DNA from: Ranitomeya imitator
Taxonomy: Eukaryota
Direction of reading: 5' to 3'
Length of the DNA: 64,000 nucleotides
Assembly: GCF_032444005.1 (NCBI RefSeq)
Contig: NC_091285.1
Location: 248,806,001-248,870,000, forward strand
Shown here: positions 59,014-64,000 of the stretch, in pieces
Layout: the number at the start of each line of letters is the position of its first letter
Position numbering within the stretch: the stretch's first letter is position 1
The notes under the pieces: model-generated
Told to the model about the DNA's origin: nothing
Seen by the model: the letters and a program-made list of their open reading frames with translations, nothing else
The model's database searches: none
Made by a program: the position numbers and the translations under genes

Positions 59014-60073
59014 GTTCCCTCTAAACATCGTGTCTGACCGAGGAGTCCAGTTTACGTCACGGTTCTGGAGAGCGTTATGCAAACTTTTGAAGGTATCACT
59101 AGATTTCTCATCAGCCTATCACCCTCAGACTAATGGTCAAGCTGAACGGACAAATCAGATTGTGACTGCCTATCTTCGTCATTTCATCAATTCCCACCAA
59201 GATGATTGGGTAAACCTTCTGCCTTGGGCCGAATTCGCCTATAACAACCATTCTAGTGAATCCTCAGCTAAATCTCCTTTTTTTGTCGTATTCGGACAAC
59301 ATCCGAATATGCCTCTTCCAATTTCTTCCTCTACTGGAGTTCCAGCAGCAGACTCTTTGACTTTGAATTTTTCTGCAATTTGGGGTGAGGTTAAAGAAGC
59401 CCTCAAAAAGACATCTGTTAAAATGAAGAGACATGCCGACAAGAGGCGCTTAGATTCTTTCTCATTTTTACCAGGCGATAAAGTTTGGCTTGCCTCTCGT
59501 TACATTAGGCTCAAGATACCATCCTATAAACTTGGTCCTAGTTTCATCGGTCCCTTCGAGATTCTGAGTCGAGTCAACGAAGTTGCCTACAAGCTGAAGT
59601 TGCCCGCTTCGCTCCGGATTCCCAACACTTTTCATGTGTCTCTGCTCAAGCCTGTTGTTCTTAATCGCTTCCATCCTTCTTCCTGCATCTCTCCTCAGCC
59701 TGTCCATGCTGATAACATCTTTGAAGTGAGGGATATTCTAGCCAAGAAGAGTATTCGCGGGAGAGAGTTTTTCCTAGTGGATTGGAAGGGGTTTGGGCCT
59801 GAGGAAAGATCCTGGGAACCTCGGGAGAATATTAATGCACCTCGTCTACTTAATAAATTCCTCTCTAGTTTTAGGAAGGGGGATTTTAAAGAGGGGGGTA
59901 CTGTTACAGCGGCTGCTCACCGCTCTGCTCCTGCGGCTGCTCACCGCTCTTCTTTCAGTGCTCGGCGCGTTGCCCTCTCCTCCTCTCGGGCTGCGCCATC
60001 TTCTTCCGGCATCGCTCGTTCCTGCGTCCTTACTTCCGGCGCTCCTGCGCAGGCGCGCAGTCTTCAGCGTTAG
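59014..60073 (+). pseudogene. Pol of Gypsy-A, 3' part (integrase core, GPY/F module, chromodomain)
   Basis: VSDRG, YHPQTNGQAER, IGPFEI and FLVDWKGFGPEERSWEP; the frame runs into the 3' LTR. Confidence 0.9.
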
Positions 60074-61112
60074 ATACAGCCTCTCGGCTCCGGATCTCCT
60101 AGCACCGGGTGTGGTGCATCTGCAGCCAATCACCATGGAGAGCACGGTATTTCAGGCCACCTCCTCTGCTAGGAGGTGCCTGAGTGTCTTTAGTGTTTGC
60201 TTAGTCTCTGGCCGTTCGCTTTACCTCTGTACTAGCTCTGTGCTCGGCGCTAGTATTTACTGTGTTTGCTTTTTCCGTTTCTTTGTTCCAGTTCCCTCTC
60301 CGTCCCTGGTTCTCCTCTGACGTTCCTGCCTTCCGTTCCCGTACCTTCTGCCTCTGGATTTCCCGCTGCTCATTCCGGTCCTCAGTTTTGTCCTCTCGCC
60401 AACCTTCCATTTACTTGAGCCGTCCCTTCTGGTATCCGCTACCGTGGTAAGGTAACCTCTGGGCCTGCTCCTAAACAGCCCCTGTATAGGGGTTGGTTAA
60501 CACCGGGTCTGCTCGCCCACGAGGGGGACTTCCACGGTCCAGAGGGTCCACTCTCGTACCCATCTCTGTAGTCCTAACACTAATTTTTTGAGAAGGACCT
60601 GTTTATGAGCTGATGTGCTTTCCATTAAATAGTGTTTATACAGTGAGAGGTCTGAAATGTTTAACAAGGCAGTGGGCACTAATTTGGTGATTCGTACAAA
60701 TCGAATTTCAAATTGTTTGAGATCGTGTACCTATAAATGTTTTGGAATCTAAAGGCTTTTCATTTCCGCAGTGCAGCCTGCCTATACATTCCAGCTTACA
60801 TTTTTGTATTTTTCTATACATCTTATAGAACCATTTTCTCAAGCCGCGAGGCAGCAACGACTTTTCACGCTTCTATAGGGGTTGTGTCTGCACACAACAC
60901 CTCTAGGTGAGTATTACCAATACCATCGCATATACCTATCCTTTACCTGATGTATTGCTGTATTTTGTGAGCACTTCTGTCCCTCTCCAGAGCTTCTCAG
61001 CATAAACCTGGTGACGGATTCACTTTAAATGGAACAGTCAAGAAGAGGTAAGAACAGTGTCCAATCCAGGTGTACTAGTTGAAAAAAAGTTTTATTCCGC
61101 CATGATAAAATA

Positions 61113-61145
61113 TGACGTTTCGACCAGCAATAGGTCTTTGTCAAG
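61113..61145 (-). ncRNA. Degenerate Penelope-type hammerhead-like motif
   Basis: Minus strand CTTGACAAA-GACC-TATTGCT-GGTC-GAAACGTC: stem II and GAAA/GUC are present but the first core strand is non-canonical. It lies downstream of the Penelope-like ORF fragment. Confidence 0.45.
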
Positions 61146-61212
61146 TATAAATAGCAGTGCACAGGGCTGGCTTAAGTAGTGTGGGACCACAGCAAGCACC
61201 AATCACCACTAA

Positions 61213-61633
61213 GGCTACTTTCACACTAGCGTCGTTTGGCCTCCGTCGCAATGCGTCGTTTTGGAGAAAAAACGCATCCTGCAAAGTTGCTCGCAGGATG
61301 CGTTTTTTTCTCCATAGACTTTCATTAGCAACGCATTGCGACGGATTGCCACATATCGCATCCGTCGTGCGACGGATGCGTCGTGTTTTGGCGGACCGTC
61401 GGCACAAAAAAACGCTACATGTAACGTTTTTTGGTGCGTCGTGTCCGCCATTTCCGACTGCGCATGCGCAGCCGGAACTCCGCCCCCTCCTCTCTAGACC
61501 TTACAATGGGGCAGCGGATGCATTGAAAAACTGCATCCGCTGCCCCTGTTGTGCTTTTACTTCACAGCATGCGTCGGTATGTCGGCCCGACGCACTGCGA
61601 CGGGCCTGTACCGACGCTAGTGTGAAAGTAGCC
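61213..61633. mobile_element. Harbinger-type MITE
   Basis: TAA|GGCTACTTTCACACTAGCGTCG...CGACGCTAGTGTGAAAGTAGCC|TAA, with perfect 22-bp TIRs. Confidence 0.95.
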
Positions 61634-61772
61634 TAAGACACAGCCCTCAAATTTCAATCACATAGATCATTTACAAAAAAATCACAAATAACATACCACA
61701 GATACATATAAGGTCTTTATCCATTACAACTAGTATAAACAAAATGCACATCTTTATCCATAAAGCTATAAT

Positions 61773-62083
61773 TAGTGATGAGCGAATATACTCGTTACTC
61801 GAGATTTCTCGAGCATGCTCGAGGGTCCTCCGAGTATTTTTTAGTGCTCGGTGTTTTAGTTTTTCTTGCCGCAGCTGAATGTTTTACATCTGTTAGCCAG
61901 CATAAGTACATGTGTGGGTTGCCTGTTTGCTAGGGAATCCCCACATGTACTTATGCTGGCTAACAGACGTAAATCATTCAGCTGCGGCAAGAAAAACTAA
62001 AACTCTGAGCACTAAAAAATACCCCAAGGAACCCTGAGCATGCTCGAGAAATCTCAAGTAACAAGTATATTCGCTCATCACTA
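61773..62083. mobile_element. Palindromic hAT-type MITE (311 bp)
   Basis: TAGTGATGAGCGAATATAC...GTATATTCGCTCATCACTA with an 8-bp TSD GCTATAAT (61765-61772 and 62084-62091). Confidence 0.95.
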
Positions 62084-62550
62084 GCTATAATCCCTTTGCA
62101 TATATAATATATTGTGATAGCATCAACAAATGGAAAAAATGCATCCCCATCTCCATGGAAACCACTGTTGAATCACTGAGACCGGATGTTCCCATATGTA
62201 TTAAACCCCATTATAACAATCCACTCATGGTCACTTACAAAAAAGGCACCAACCTGCTCATAGGTTCAATGGACCACCAATTCACGGCTGTCTTCCAGTG
62301 TCCTCATGTCTGCATTTCACTGCCTACCAACCCGTATCAGTTCTCATCTCTCTGCGGCATCACCCGCCGGCGTCACCAGGCACCAGTCACCTGACCAAGT
62401 CACTTACCCATAGTGCACCATCCAAGTGCGCAGGCGCGCCCAGCGCTAAGAGAGGCATCGCTCCGGAGGAGGAGTGGTGTGAGCCATGTCCATGGCAATG
62501 AAACCAAACACAAGGCATATCACAACAAAAAAGAAGGAAATCTATATATA

Positions 62551-63087
62551 CAGCTCTGGCAAAAATTAAGAGACCACTGCAAAATGTTCAGTTTATCTGA
62601 TTTTTCTCTTTATAGATGTATTTTTGAGTAAAATGTAAATTGTTCTTTTATTTTATAAACTTCTTACAACATGTCTCTGAATTTCCAAGCAATAAATTTT
62701 GTATTTTTTTTCTGAAAAGGAGAAATGGTCAAAATTAAAAAAACAAACAGTGCTTTCAGACCTCAAATAATGCAAAGAAAACAAGTTCATGATCATTTAG
62801 AAACAACAATACTAATGTTTTAACTCAGGAAGAGTTCAGAAATCAATATTTTGTGGAATACCATGATTTTTAATCACAGCTTTCATGCGTCTTGGCATGC
62901 TTTCCACCAGTCTTTCACACTGCTTCTGGCGCAAAAATGTAAGCAGTTCTTCTTTGTTTGATGGCTTGTGACTATCCATCATCCTCTTGATTGCATTTCA
63001 GAGGTTTTCAATGGAGTTCAGGTCTGGAGATTGGGCTGCCCATGACAGGGTTTTCATGTGGTGGTCTCTTAATTTTTGCCAGAGCTG
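62551..63087 (-). mobile_element. Short non-autonomous Tc1 derivative, same family as 3018-3485
   Basis: TA|CAGCTCTGGCAAAAATT...AATTTTTGCCAGAGCTG|TA, with the same internal junction to the SPDLN-coding segment. Confidence 0.93.
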
Positions 63088-63629
63088 TATATCGTATCAT
63101 GGCAACCAGGAAAATTAAATATCAACCACATCCATGGCAATGAAAGTAAAAGTTCCCCAATATATCCATGACATCAAATTCACTATATCGCAAAAAATTA
63201 TTAACCCCTTAGATGATATTATTTAGATAATGTTACGATGGGCAGTGACAAAACATGTACATAATCATCACATTCTCATGTTGAATTAAATAAAGGAAGG
63301 AAAAACACACACAAAAAAAGAAAAAGTGGAGAACATAAAATGGATGGAAGAATTAACAATAAAAATGGGGGAGGAGACAAAATGTGCATATAACAATTCC
63401 GAGGAAAGGGAAAGAAAACAGTCAGAGGGCAGGGAGAGAGAGAGACCAAGCACATGTTAAACCATTTGTGTGTATTTAGGCTTGGAATTCTCCATCCATC
63501 TCACTCCCCATGTCCTCCGATGGCCATCATTATCAATATCACCCCATAGAAAAATAAGGAAAAATAACAAAGTGTCAATGATAAAAATAAATTGACAATA
63601 AAAACACCAAAAGAGAGCAAGAGGATAGC

Positions 63630-64000
63630 CTACAGTAAACAAATATGCAGATTAAATTCTATATTAAGACCCCTGGGTTGTAAAGCACCCAGTGTATAAA
63701 TCCACCTCAATTCTTTTTTCTTTAATATTTTAAGCCTATCCCCACCTCTCCTTTGTATCGGAACACTGTCAATCACTCTAAATCTTAGTTTTAACGAATG
63801 ATTATTATCAAGAAAATGTTTATAAACTGACAATTCCGTTAACCCAGTACTAATAATACCCTTGTGCTTACTGATACGGGCCCTAACCTCCATTGTAGTC
63901 TACCCTACATATACCAACCCACATGGGCATACAATCATGTACACCACATAGCTAGACGCACAAGTGTATCTTTCGCCCAACAAATTTTTTTTTACTCATA
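63630..64000 (-). pseudogene. Penelope-like element GIY-YIG endonuclease C-terminal fragment (continues beyond the window)
   Basis: RYTCASSYVVYMIVCPCGLVYVG*TTMEVRARISKH...H...ELRWIYTLGALQPRGLN: GIY-YIG-like VVY...YVG motif with PLE-type CxC and a terminal P.GLN; in-frame TAG at 63900-63902. Confidence 0.88.

Larger units (their letters stand above)
49179..60579 (+). mobile_element. Chromodomain Ty3/Gypsy LTR retrotransposon (Gypsy-A, sushi-like, separate gag and pol)
   Basis: 678-bp LTRs at 49179-49856 and 59902-60579 with about 5 substitutions by eye; PPT AAAGAGGGGGGTAC before 59902; 5-bp TSD CTAAT (49174-49178 and 60580-60584). Confidence 0.98.
47584..60601 (+). mobile_element. Young Tc1 transposon (about 1.6 kb net) whose right inverted repeat is interrupted by Gypsy-A
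   Basis: TA|CAGGTCCTTCTCAAAAAATTAGCATATAG at the left. The right IR of about 200 bp runs to 49178 and resumes after 60579 as ...TTTTTGAGAAGGACCTG (followed by TT rather than TA). Confidence 0.95.

Overview
Vertebrate genomic DNA with an anuran-like repeat content. It holds the 5' coding part of slc38a4 (SNAT4 amino-acid transporter) on the minus strand: six exons between 231 and 16573 with canonical GT-AG splice sites, together encoding about 192 N-terminal residues. The rest is a dense, repeatedly nested transposon landscape. There are three full-length chromodomain Ty3/Gypsy LTR retrotransposons of the Tf1/sushi type (6551-12345 minus, 49179-60579 plus, 53281-59013 minus nested in the previous one) and one rearranged relic (about 36720-39600). 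There are several Tc1 elements, one with an intact DD34E transposase, plus non-autonomous hAT, piggyBac-like, Helitron, Harbinger, Tc2-like and Kolobok/T2-like elements. Many of these carry minisatellites or telomere-like arrays. A GATA array with assembly gaps and a Penelope-like GIY-YIG fragment at the right edge complete the picture. The strongest second-look signals are: (1) covarying self-priming PBS/R complementarity in all three full LTR elements; (2) 6-bp TSDs for the two single-ORF Gypsy copies versus 5 bp for the two-ORF copy; (3) a five-level nest at 20.9-32.5 kb; (4) modules and minisatellites shared by non-autonomous elements of different superfamilies; (5) a collapsed hammerhead-like core inside a 30-bp hairpin in a slc38a4 intron. 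All alignments and mismatch counts were done by eye.
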